Source: a virus (taxonomy: Duplodnaviria; Caudoviricetes). Taken from it: 64,000 nucleotides of DNA. How positions within the stretch are numbered: position 1 is the first letter of the stretch; every line of letters begins with the position of its first letter. A program made the position numbers and the translations under genes. The DNA lies in IMG/VR virus record IMGVR_UViG_3300006805_000023; one strand, written 5' to 3'. Below the pieces are notes generated by a model that had not been told where the DNA came from, did not search any database, and saw nothing but the letters and a program-made list of their open reading frames with translations. This document shows positions 34,492 through 42,130 of the stretch, piece by piece.

Positions 34492-35076
34492 ATGAGCAAC
34501 ATCATCCCCTTCGTCCTCCCCGTCGTCGCAACCGCCCCTAAGACCGTCGTCACCCTCGCCGGACCAAAGCGGTTCCACACGCCCCAAGAGATCCGCGACA
34601 TCCTGAAGGCCGCCGGAGCCAACGCCTCCAAGGTCTCGGTCAAGGTCAACAGCTCTGCCAACTACATCACCGTGACAGTGCGCGATCACAAGGTCCTCCC
34701 TTTGGTCGAGAAGATCGCAGCTGACCTGGACTCCTGGAAGTCTGATATGGGCGACTGCGCATCGGGTCAGGCGGTCAACGTTGAGCTCTCCCACGCAGCC
34801 AAGGAGGCAATGGCCGCCCCGTTCATGGACGTCATCAACTACGTGGCGTCCCATGCGATCCCAGTGATGGGCCAGGGCCAGGAGATCGCGCCTGATATCC
34901 TGATCTGGCACAACACTCAGGGCCTTTGGCTCGAAACCCGCTCCGGCGTGCGTCGTTCTTACATCTGGACCAGAAACGTCGTAGCACAGGAGCCGTCGGC
35001 CCTCGCCAAGCTGGCGCTCGATCTGGCCAGCCTCACCAACGTCGTCGAAACCGAAAAAGCCACTAAAGCAGCATGA
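34492..35076 (+). CDS. hypothetical protein
   Basis: start moved to 34492. Confidence 0.75.
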   Translation: MSNIIPFVLPVVATAPKTVVTLAGPKRFHTPQEIRDILKAAGANASKVSVKVNSSANYITVTVRDHKVLPLVEKIAADLDSWKSDMGDCASGQAVNVELSHAAKEAMAAPFMDVINYVASHAIPVMGQGQEIAPDILIWHNTQGLWLETRSGVRRSYIWTRNVVAQEPSALAKLALDLASLTNVVETEKATKAA

Positions 35077-35270
35077 GACAAGAAAAACAGATCACCGCAG
35101 AAACCCGGCTGATCCGCCTTAGCTGGTGGCTCAGAAGGCAACCGCTCGACCCGCAGTTCAACGTAAAGATGGAGGCAGCCGAGGCCTTCAAAAAGCGCCT
35201 TGCCGCCTGGGTTTCGAGTGAAAACGCTGGTGAGGTAGCCCCAACGTTCCACCAAGCCACAACCGTATGA
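35073..35270 (+). CDS. hypothetical protein
   Basis: 65 aa, ATGA overlaps. Confidence 0.65.
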   Translation: MRQEKQITAETRLIRLSWWLRRQPLDPQFNVKMEAAEAFKKRLAAWVSSENAGEVAPTFHQATTV

Positions 35271-35695
35271 TGCCACGCACCCAAGTCAAACTAGGAACCG
35301 TCAAACCGGGATGCCGCGTCTTTGTCTCCGAGGACAACGAGACGGCTGCCTTTATCCGCTCCACCACGCCACTGGAGGACACTATGTGGGACGAGGATGA
35401 TGAGGTCTGGATCGAGACCGCGACCGACCCTCGCCTGCTGATCACCGTTTACTGCAAGCACGTCGATCCCTCAGTGCGCTTCAACGGGGACGCCATCAAC
35501 ATCGTCAACCCGACGTCCATGCTGTTCAAGATCTTCAAGATGACGCCGTATCCGGAGCCCAAGAAGAAGGTCGATAACCTGTTGATCTACGGGACGGTCT
35601 GGCTGCAGAACCTGGAAGAGAAACGGTTCCTGATCCTCGACGCTGGTGCAGCCCGTGACGTCTATTTGTCCGATTTGATGCCTTACACTCAGTGA
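35267..35695 (+). CDS. hypothetical protein
   Basis: 142 aa. Confidence 0.7.
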   Translation: MMPRTQVKLGTVKPGCRVFVSEDNETAAFIRSTTPLEDTMWDEDDEVWIETATDPRLLITVYCKHVDPSVRFNGDAINIVNPTSMLFKIFKMTPYPEPKKKVDNLLIYGTVWLQNLEEKRFLILDAGAARDVYLSDLMPYTQ

Positions 35696-35701
35696 GTTCT
35701 T

Positions 35702-35989
35702 ATGGAAATGAGAGTACGATCCAGGTCCAAGATAGTTTACGACGCCATCACGTTTGACGAACTGGTCGAACACGGCAGAAAATCCGGTGCCTCGCTGACA
35801 CGTGGGATGCCGTGGTCGTTCACTTACAAGGGGGCCAGCGTGACCCACGAGACCGACACCTGCTACATCGTAGCCGGGGTGAAGTTCCATCAGGGCGACG
35901 TTCTGGTCAGCGACCTGGGTGACGTTGATATGACCCCAGCGGTGTTCAGCCGTAGTGATTTTGAAGCCAGCTACGAGCCCTGCCTATGA
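35702..35989 (+). CDS. hypothetical phage protein
   Basis: 95 aa. Confidence 0.7.
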   Translation: MEMRVRSRSKIVYDAITFDELVEHGRKSGASLTRGMPWSFTYKGASVTHETDTCYIVAGVKFHQGDVLVSDLGDVDMTPAVFSRSDFEASYEPCL

Positions 35990-36261
35990 AAGACCGCCCC
36001 TTCTACTACGTTAACCGAGATGTTACCTTAGCCTCGACAGCCGAGTCGATCCTGGAGGATGCGCCCTCTGACGGGCTCGTGATCCGCAAGGACGAAAAGA
36101 TCAACATCCTCGACAGGAAGGAGCTGGAGGACGGCTTGGTCGCCAGGAAGGTCAGGGCCGAGAACCCGCCACGCCTAGGCTGGATGACCGCTGACCACAT
36201 CGACATCGGCGACCAGTGGCGTGACAGCCGCTACGACGGTCGTTACAACTCAGCCCTTTGA
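35986..36261 (+). CDS. hypothetical SH3-like protein
   Basis: 91 aa; KINILD..KVR..GWM. Confidence 0.6.
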   Translation: MKDRPFYYVNRDVTLASTAESILEDAPSDGLVIRKDEKINILDRKELEDGLVARKVRAENPPRLGWMTADHIDIGDQWRDSRYDGRYNSAL

Positions 36262-36501
36262 GGGGCCGAACATCGGCGGAAGCGGTTGCTCAGGCGCGAT
36301 CTTGTACCACCTTTCAAGGTCCAACTGAGCCCCTTCGCTCCAACGGACCTTGAGCTTACGAGCGTTGGCAACGACCGGCGTGGACACGATCTCAAGATCA
36401 ACGCTGGTGCTAGGATACCAGATAGCGTGTGTCTCTGGCTTGACGACTTTGGGAGCGAAGATGGCTCCGAACATGGTGGCGAGGAATCCGCGTCGTTTCA
36501 T
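36250..36501 (-). CDS. twin-arginine-like leader fused to gp23-type major capsid protein fragment
   Basis: MKRRGFLATMFGAIFAP + VDLEIVSTPVVANARKLKVRWSEGAQLDL. Confidence 0.7.
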   Translation of the reverse strand: MKRRGFLATMFGAIFAPKVVKPETHAIWYPSTSVDLEIVSTPVVANARKLKVRWSEGAQLDLERWYKIAPEQPLPPMFGPSKG

Positions 36502-36614
36502 TTGTCTTTGATGGTGTCCAGGATTGCGTTGATCTCGCAGATGCAGGTCGTGGCTCCACAGCGGCAGCGTGCTGGTGGGAGGAGCCAGTCGAAGAGGCGC
36601 TTTAGCAGTTTCAT
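36498..36614 (-). CDS. 38-aa Cys-rich peptide
   Basis: hand-translated MKLLKRLFDWLLPPARCRCGATTCICEINAILDTIKDK; ATGA overlaps at both ends. Confidence 0.6.
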   Translation of the reverse strand: MKLLKRLFDWLLPPARCRCGATTCICEINAILDTIKDK

Positions 36615-36913
36615 AAAGTGATCTTCCAGCGTGATGGTGTGCTGGCTGTGCAGAAAGGGATCTCGACGCGCCTCCTAGGTGAGGACGTGCTGACGAAGTT
36701 CATGTGGAAGATCAGACCAGTCGGACCGTCCATCGGCTGGACCTTAACGAGTTCACTGGCGAGCAGGTCTGGGTGAATCCGTCGGATCAGCGCGATCGGG
36801 AACTCCAGGAGCTTTGGCTTCGGGGTGGACAGCCGGACGACTGCCGGAGCCAGGACGGCACCGAGCAGCGTAGTAAGGAAACCGCGTCTTCTCATCCCTG
36901 GAAGAAAGCTCAA
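36611..36913 (-). CDS. twin-arginine-like leader fused to gp23-type major capsid protein fragment
   Basis: MRRRGFLTTLLGAVLAP + IALIRRIHPDLLASELVKVQPMDGPTGLIF. Confidence 0.75.
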   Translation of the reverse strand: MSFLPGMRRRGFLTTLLGAVLAPAVVRLSTPKPKLLEFPIALIRRIHPDLLASELVKVQPMDGPTGLIFHMNFVSTSSPRRRVEIPFCTASTPSRWKITL

Positions 36914-37245
36914 CCGAAGTTGTCTTCCAGGTAGGTTGAAAGACCAGCCCTAGCCTCGATGGCGTCCTCGTCCTGGGAGGCGATCGAGGCCGCTCCGTCG
37001 GCCCCGTAGCCCTTGCGCCGTGCGGTCCTGGAGGCAAAGCCCCACATCACGTCGCGCAGGTCCTGGGGAGTTGGGGCTAGGGCCAGCTTGCGGATGTCTC
37101 TTTGTGGCCACTGGCCCTCCTTGAAGTACTCGATAGCAGCCTTGCGCATCTTCTCGAAATCGGACTTCGTGTCCGTGGGCTGAGGAGCCGGGTCTTCTCC
37201 AGCCAGGAGGGTTTCAACGAGGGCGTCGGGTGTCTGTGGTCTCAT
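36910..37245 (-). CDS. hypothetical protein with type-A tag
   Basis: MRPQTPDALVETLLAGED. Confidence 0.75.
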   Translation of the reverse strand: MRPQTPDALVETLLAGEDPAPQPTDTKSDFEKMRKAAIEYFKEGQWPQRDIRKLALAPTPQDLRDVMWGFASRTARRKGYGADGAASIASQDEDAIEARAGLSTYLEDNFG

Positions 37246-37253
37246 GAGTGTTC

Positions 37254-37262
37254 AATAATTAA
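37254..37262 (-). promoter_or_regulatory. putative late promoter (variant)
   Basis: TTAATTATT, 8 nt before ATG 37245. Confidence 0.5.
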
Positions 37263-37531
37263 CGGTAAGCTCTGCGGTGGGCTTCGGCCATCCTGCCTCC
37301 GGCGTGGATCGCGGCAAGGTGAGGCGGGAGAGGGTAGGCGGGGACGTAGCTGGGGCACTCTGACCCGGCCATAGGCTCTTGACCGGGGCGCATCGAGGTG
37401 CCGCACTGGAAGAACATAAACGACCACACCAAATCCCGACCGCACCAATCAGGAACCAGTCTGGACTCGCGCTTCACGCCAGCCTTGCAGTAAGGGCAGC
37501 GCTTCGGTGTGGCTGGCTTGCGTGGGGTCAT
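37259..37531 (-). CDS. small Cys-rich hypothetical protein
   Basis: CPYC, FQCG, SECP. Confidence 0.65.
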   Translation of the reverse strand: MTPRKPATPKRCPYCKAGVKRESRLVPDWCGRDLVWSFMFFQCGTSMRPGQEPMAGSECPSYVPAYPLPPHLAAIHAGGRMAEAHRRAYR

Positions 37532-37842
37532 CCTTCGTCGTCCTCCACTTCTGGGTCGAGCCAGCTGCCAAAGCGCATGTAAAAGGCAGCCCTGCCTTGG
37601 GCGGTCAGCTTCCCGAAGGCCTCTTTGATGGCTTTGCGATAACCGGCGTTCCAGACGGACGGGCTGTGGTCCACGTCGGCCCGGTTGACCCGGACGTCGG
37701 CACCCTGCTCGTTGAGCCAGCGTAGCATGTCGGGCAGCTCGTCGGTGGCGCGAGCCCAGGAGGAGGTGTCGAGCGGGAAGCGTGCCAGGAAGGCATCAAC
37801 GAGGTCGGAGATCTGTTGTTCGGTGAGGGAGTCGGTCTTCAT
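37528..37842 (-). CDS. hypothetical protein
   Basis: 104 aa. Confidence 0.7.
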   Translation of the reverse strand: MKTDSLTEQQISDLVDAFLARFPLDTSSWARATDELPDMLRWLNEQGADVRVNRADVDHSPSVWNAGYRKAIKEAFGKLTAQGRAAFYMRFGSWLDPEVEDDEG

Positions 37843-37845
37843 GGC

Positions 37846-38136
37846 TTAGAGGGAGAAGGTTTGTGGGGCGAGGGTGGTGCGGGTCTGGGTCTCAGAGTCC
37901 CAAGTCGTGAGGGTGACGACCAGCTTGACTGCGCCACGGAAGTAATCACGGCGGATCATGCCCTGCGCCTTGCGGGCGTAGCCGTCGAGGTTGGATTTGA
38001 CGGTCTGGCCGTAGCTGGCTGCTCCGCCGGTGAGGCCGAGACTTTTGCCGGAGGCGTCCTGACAATCGACCTTGCAGTCGGAGCAGCGGACCTTGGAGTT
38101 GAGAACGGCAGGGGCTAGAGTGTAGGAGGTGGTCAT
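37846..38136 (-). CDS. hypothetical protein
   Basis: start moved to 38136. Confidence 0.7.
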   Translation of the reverse strand: MTTSYTLAPAVLNSKVRCSDCKVDCQDASGKSLGLTGGAASYGQTVKSNLDGYARKAQGMIRRDYFRGAVKLVVTLTTWDSETQTRTTLAPQTFSL

Positions 38137-38141
38137 ATAGG

Positions 38142-38170
38142 AACGTAACACAGATCCTGACGTTTGTCAA
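38142..38170 (-). promoter_or_regulatory. sigma70-type promoter, leaderless
   Basis: TTGACA-N17-TACGTT, ATG 38136 after 5 nt. Confidence 0.9.
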
Positions 38171-38185
38171 GTCCTCCTAGCTTCA

Positions 38186-38194
38186 GTAGTTATC
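38186..38194 (+). promoter_or_regulatory. putative late promoter
   Basis: GTAGTTATC, 3 nt before GTG 38198. Confidence 0.7.
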
Positions 38195-38197
38195 GAC

Positions 38198-38536
38198 GTG
38201 ATCTCAGTCAAAAACGCTCTCTCATCCGCTCTGTTGGAAGCTTCCGGAAAACCCACACGGGACGAGGTCAAGGACTTCATCCTTAAGCAGACCGGCGTGT
38301 CCCTGGAGGCGTGCGACCAGCTTAAGCCATCAAGGAGGTACTACAACTTCAAGCTGAAGGACAGGGCTTCAGAGAGCGGAGAGCTTGATGTGATCCTCAG
38401 GTTTCTGCCGAGGCAGACTCTGATCAAGAAGGTTGAGCCCAACGTTACGGACGACCGCCCAGTCTTTGGTAGCGCTCGTCCTCCCTGGAACCAGAGCCAT
38501 AAAGCCAATCTGCTTCTTGGTCTCGTCCTCCCATAG
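38198..38536 (+). CDS. hypothetical protein with type-B tag
   Basis: MISVKNALSSALLE. Confidence 0.65.
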   Translation: MISVKNALSSALLEASGKPTRDEVKDFILKQTGVSLEACDQLKPSRRYYNFKLKDRASESGELDVILRFLPRQTLIKKVEPNVTDDRPVFGSARPPWNQSHKANLLLGLVLP

Positions 38537-38809
38537 GTGAAGAGCCGTCAGGCGCTCCGGGTCGTTCACCGAGATCGAGAATCCGCCCTGGCTCCACGCG
38601 ATGTTGCGTCCGGCCTCGTCTTTTTGAGGAGCCCGTTCACCCAGGAACGACCGGAACCGAGCCATCAAGGCGTCGTATACAGGATTCCGCAAGGGGCCTT
38701 TAGCAGTGTTCGGATGAACGCTATTCGCCCGAACGGTGTTCGCCTGCGTGTCTCCCCCTCCCCCTATTTCGGTTAAGGTCCGGCTTAGTGCCTGGGTTAC
38801 GCTGGTCAT
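38369..38809 (-). CDS. hypothetical protein with type-B tag
   Basis: MTSVTQALSRTLTE. Confidence 0.65.
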   Translation of the reverse strand: MTSVTQALSRTLTEIGGGGDTQANTVRANSVHPNTAKGPLRNPVYDALMARFRSFLGERAPQKDEAGRNIAWSQGGFSISVNDPERLTALHLWEDETKKQIGFMALVPGRTSATKDWAVVRNVGLNLLDQSLPRQKPEDHIKLSAL

Positions 38810-38812
38810 CTC

Positions 38813-38821
38813 TACACCTAC
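38813..38821 (-). promoter_or_regulatory. putative late promoter (variant)
   Basis: GTAGGTGTA, 3 nt before ATG 38809. Confidence 0.45.
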
Positions 38822-38890
38822 TCGGTCGAATGAGAGCCCGCAAGTCCAGGGCTTTGATGAGGTGGCGCTGTCCGAGCCATGAGGGAGGAA

Positions 38891-38988
38891 TTGACGAGCA
38901 ATAACGGCAGTTGACTCAGAGGGGCGGGTGTGTTGACTCAGAGGCTTTTAGGGTGTGGATTGACGGGGCGTCCTGTTGGCCCTACCGT
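38891..38988 (+). promoter_or_regulatory. array of four TTGAC boxes; last one forms TTGACG-N17-TACCGT
   Basis: TTGAC at 38891, 38911, 38933, 38960; GTTGACTCAGAGG duplicated. Confidence 0.55.
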
Positions 38989-38997
38989 AGAGCCCTT

Positions 38998-39558
38998 ATG
39001 GAAAACTCTGCATCTAACGCTTCGTCCTTAGCCGCTCGGCTTGATCTCTCCCCTAAGTCTGTGGCCCAGACGACTCTCGACATCCGTAACGCTGTCTTGC
39101 CTAAGAAGGAGCCACGTGTTCCCTCTGAGTCTGAAATGCGGGCGGCCTATGATGCTCTGCAGTGGTTGGAGGGGCGGGGGAAGCAGGCGTCGGCCTTGAA
39201 GTTTAACGAGGACACTGGTGAGCTGCTCTTGGTGGTGGACGGGATCGGGTGGCATTGTGGTGCTGAGGACGGTGGGGTGGCGGAGGCGGTCAGGCTGGCG
39301 TCGCAGTGGTGGGGCCAGCGTAAGGCCAAGCTGAGCCACTACTCCAAGCTCTCTTCAATCCGGCGTGCTTTGGAGGCTGCTGACCCGGTCGCTGGGCTCA
39401 AGCGTTTCGAGGAGTATGAGGCGGCTTGGCAGGCGGTCCTTGGGGCGGCGACGAATGATGAGCTGTATGGTATTCTGCAGGAGCAGATCGCCTTGGTGGA
39501 ACAGGAGGCCGCCGAGAAGCTGGGCGCGGTCCCCGTGCAGACTCTCCCCACCGCTTAA
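38998..39558 (+). CDS. hypothetical helical protein
   Basis: start at first ATG 38998. Confidence 0.65.
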   Translation: MENSASNASSLAARLDLSPKSVAQTTLDIRNAVLPKKEPRVPSESEMRAAYDALQWLEGRGKQASALKFNEDTGELLLVVDGIGWHCGAEDGGVAEAVRLASQWWGQRKAKLSHYSKLSSIRRALEAADPVAGLKRFEEYEAAWQAVLGAATNDELYGILQEQIALVEQEAAEKLGAVPVQTLPTA

Positions 39559-39581
39559 CCTTTTAAGTTCTCTTTCACCTT

Positions 39582-41396
39582 ATGGACTCACTCTCCCCAC
39601 TCGCCTTTCCGTCCTTTCCACCCTCTGACCCTAATGAGCCCGTCCGTCAGGTTGGGGTTCGTGTCAATGATCAGGGAGTCACCGAGGCCTTCCAGACCGT
39701 GACGCCACCAAAGCCGTTTAACTACGAGGATCTTACGCCGGATCAACGGGACGCTCTGCAGGGCGCGGTTTACGCAGCTAACTTTGGCACCCAGCAGGAC
39801 ATCGAGGCACATCGGGAGGTGGTGCTTGGGTTTGGAGCCAGTCTGCCGGATGTCTTGGATGAGCGGGATGCCGAAGCGGCTGCTCTGTTTACTCTTGGGC
39901 TCGATCTGGCAGCGCCGGGGTCGTCGGCTCAGACCAAGAAGGTCACGATGGTCAGGCAGCTGAATCAGACGGGCCTTGAGTATCAGGAGGAGTTCAAGCG
40001 GCGGTATGAGGACCACGGGTGCTCGTGTCACGTTTCGCCACCGTGTGGCTTCTGCGTTGATCCTGGGAACCCGACCAACTTGGCGGAGGACGACTCGATG
40101 TGGGAAACGGTTCCTGTGCAGGCCGTCACTGCTGAGGAGGCTGTTCAGGCGGTGGGCGAACTGAGAGCGGCGGTGGCTAAGAAGCCGGACAAGGTTGACT
40201 ACACTCCAGGAGTCTTGGCGCAACTGGACAAGATGGGTCTGGTGATCGGCGGTGACGAAGGGCTGGGTGGTGTTCCGCAGGAAACTCTGAACGAGATCAT
40301 GGAGCGCAACCCGTTGGGCTTCAAGGGCGAGAAGTATCAAATGACAGAGACCCAGCGGACCGGACCAGCTTCGAACACCATTGACTGGTCGAAATTCAAG
40401 GCCCCTTCGCACTATAACGTTGTGGACGACCTCAAGGCGGCGACTATGAAACGCTTTGGAGCTCCCGCTGAGGCCTTGCCGGATCTGAGCGGCAACGGGA
40501 ATGATGCAGTTCTCAGCAAGACGTGGTGTCCGATCGACCGGGTAGTCGGCCAGGATACCGTCATGGGGATGCACGTCGTGGAGAACTCCGCGATGCCGCA
40601 TGACACTGTTCTTCTGAACATGGAGCAGCCGACCCCAGAGCAGACCCAGGACATCGTGCAACGTCTCCAGGCTCGACTCAACAAGCGGTTTGGAAGGACT
40701 CATGTGGCGATGGTGGGCGGCCCAAGCAACCCTCAAAGCCTCTTCCCACGCGTCAGCCAGTCGGGGAAGCGCGGCGGTGAGGAGCCGATGGCGTGGACCA
40801 ACCTTTCCGGGCAGGCTCTTCTGCTGGGGCGCATCACGGAGCTGGAGGCTCAGAACGCGGAACTTATGCTGGCTCTCCAAAAGGCGCAGCGGACTTTCTT
40901 GTTGCTTGAGAAGGAGAAATGCCTGCGGTCACGGGACGCCGACGGCACGGAATCCACGAGCCCTCCGAAGTGCGTAATCAGCGCCGTGGTTGCCATCGTG
41001 AGAGCTTTGCACGACAAGGTGCCGACCCGGACCATGAAGGCTCTGCAGGCCATCGAGTGGCTGGAGCGGGAAGGCAAGCGCTACCCGAACATCACGCTGG
41101 ACTGGTCACTGGATGATGAGGCCTGGGTGATCACGATGGGAGGCCGGTCGTGGACCTGCGACGAGGAAATGGGCGGGATCATCGGGGCGGTCGAGTCGAT
41201 CAAGAACCGCAGCGTTGACCCGTCGGCAAAAAGCTGGCCGTTCGAGGAGTTCAAGCGCGAGTTCGACGAGACGATCGGCAAGATGACCGCAGAGGAGCTG
41301 GAAGCCGCTATGGACGAGATCCGATCCAAAGAGGGCGCGACCGGCGAGGCTCCGGAAATGATCGAAAAGCACTGGGAGGAAGCTGGTGAAGCTTAA
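39582..41396 (+). CDS. mosaic multidomain hypothetical protein
   Basis: 604 aa; CSCHVSPPCGFC, DLSGNGNDA, MGMHVVENSAMP segments. Confidence 0.7.
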   Translation: MDSLSPLAFPSFPPSDPNEPVRQVGVRVNDQGVTEAFQTVTPPKPFNYEDLTPDQRDALQGAVYAANFGTQQDIEAHREVVLGFGASLPDVLDERDAEAAALFTLGLDLAAPGSSAQTKKVTMVRQLNQTGLEYQEEFKRRYEDHGCSCHVSPPCGFCVDPGNPTNLAEDDSMWETVPVQAVTAEEAVQAVGELRAAVAKKPDKVDYTPGVLAQLDKMGLVIGGDEGLGGVPQETLNEIMERNPLGFKGEKYQMTETQRTGPASNTIDWSKFKAPSHYNVVDDLKAATMKRFGAPAEALPDLSGNGNDAVLSKTWCPIDRVVGQDTVMGMHVVENSAMPHDTVLLNMEQPTPEQTQDIVQRLQARLNKRFGRTHVAMVGGPSNPQSLFPRVSQSGKRGGEEPMAWTNLSGQALLLGRITELEAQNAELMLALQKAQRTFLLLEKEKCLRSRDADGTESTSPPKCVISAVVAIVRALHDKVPTRTMKALQAIEWLEREGKRYPNITLDWSLDDEAWVITMGGRSWTCDEEMGGIIGAVESIKNRSVDPSAKSWPFEEFKREFDETIGKMTAEELEAAMDEIRSKEGATGEAPEMIEKHWEEAGEA

Positions 41397-41577
41397 CCGG
41401 AAGACCCTAGACTTCGAGGTCGATCCTCAGCAGGGCTTCGTGGCGTTCGCAACCAGCATCACCCTGCCAGGCCACCGGGTCGTCTCGGTGGACCGGCGTG
41501 GCACCAAGGCAACCGTTACTTTCGAAGAACTCCCAACCGAACAACCAAGCAATCATGATCAAAATCGTTCACTGTGA
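41386..41577 (+). CDS. hypothetical protein
   Basis: 63 aa. Confidence 0.5.
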   Translation: MKLNRKTLDFEVDPQQGFVAFATSITLPGHRVVSVDRRGTKATVTFEELPTEQPSNHDQNRSL

Positions 41578-41908
41578 ATCGTGCGGACGCCGTCTCTTTA
41601 TGACCGCTACCAACTGTCTGGCCTGCGGCTTCCAGCACGGCTCCGACAACGTAGATGAGCACCGCCGTCTCTGGATTGAGGGCGGCATGCCATGGTGCGG
41701 GGCCGAAGCTCCAACCGGCTGGCATCCGCTCCAGATCCTCGCTGCTATGGCCCTCAGGAAGTCCCTGGAGCGCGTGCAAGGCCGCCCACCCAAGGAGTCA
41801 CCGTTATACTCGGAGGTTGAGATCCCGAGGAGCAGTTTTGTGCCGCGTGGCGACCGGGACTCCCAGCAGGATGCGGACCACCAGTCAGAGGAGGCCGCAG
41901 CGGTATGA
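41555..41908 (+). CDS. Zn-ribbon hypothetical protein
   Basis: CESC ... CLACG; start 41555. Confidence 0.6.
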   Translation: MIKIVHCESCGRRLFMTATNCLACGFQHGSDNVDEHRRLWIEGGMPWCGAEAPTGWHPLQILAAMALRKSLERVQGRPPKESPLYSEVEIPRSSFVPRGDRDSQQDADHQSEEAAAV

Positions 41909-42099
41909 TGGCTTTTGCGTTCATGAAACTCCTGGCTGAGAAGATCAAGGAGAAGGGCGGCGACTTCGAGCTGAAGGCGCACGATGGCATGGGCGACCTA
42001 CGACCGGTGACCGGCCTGGGTGTCTCAATGGTCTCGCGTGGCTCCTTGTTCCTTGAAGAGGTTTACGTGGACACCAGAGAGTTTGGACAGGCGGGTTGA
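41905..42099 (+). CDS. hypothetical protein
   Basis: 64 aa; ATGA overlap. Confidence 0.6.
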   Translation: MMAFAFMKLLAEKIKEKGGDFELKAHDGMGDLRPVTGLGVSMVSRGSLFLEEVYVDTREFGQAG

Positions 42100-42124
42100 C
42101 TTTCTCGAAGTCCTGGATTAGCTT
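42096..42124 (+). promoter_or_regulatory. sigma70-type promoter, leaderless
   Basis: TTGACT-N17-TAGCTT, ATG 42131 after 6 nt. Confidence 0.8.
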
Positions 42125-42130
42125 CTCGCC

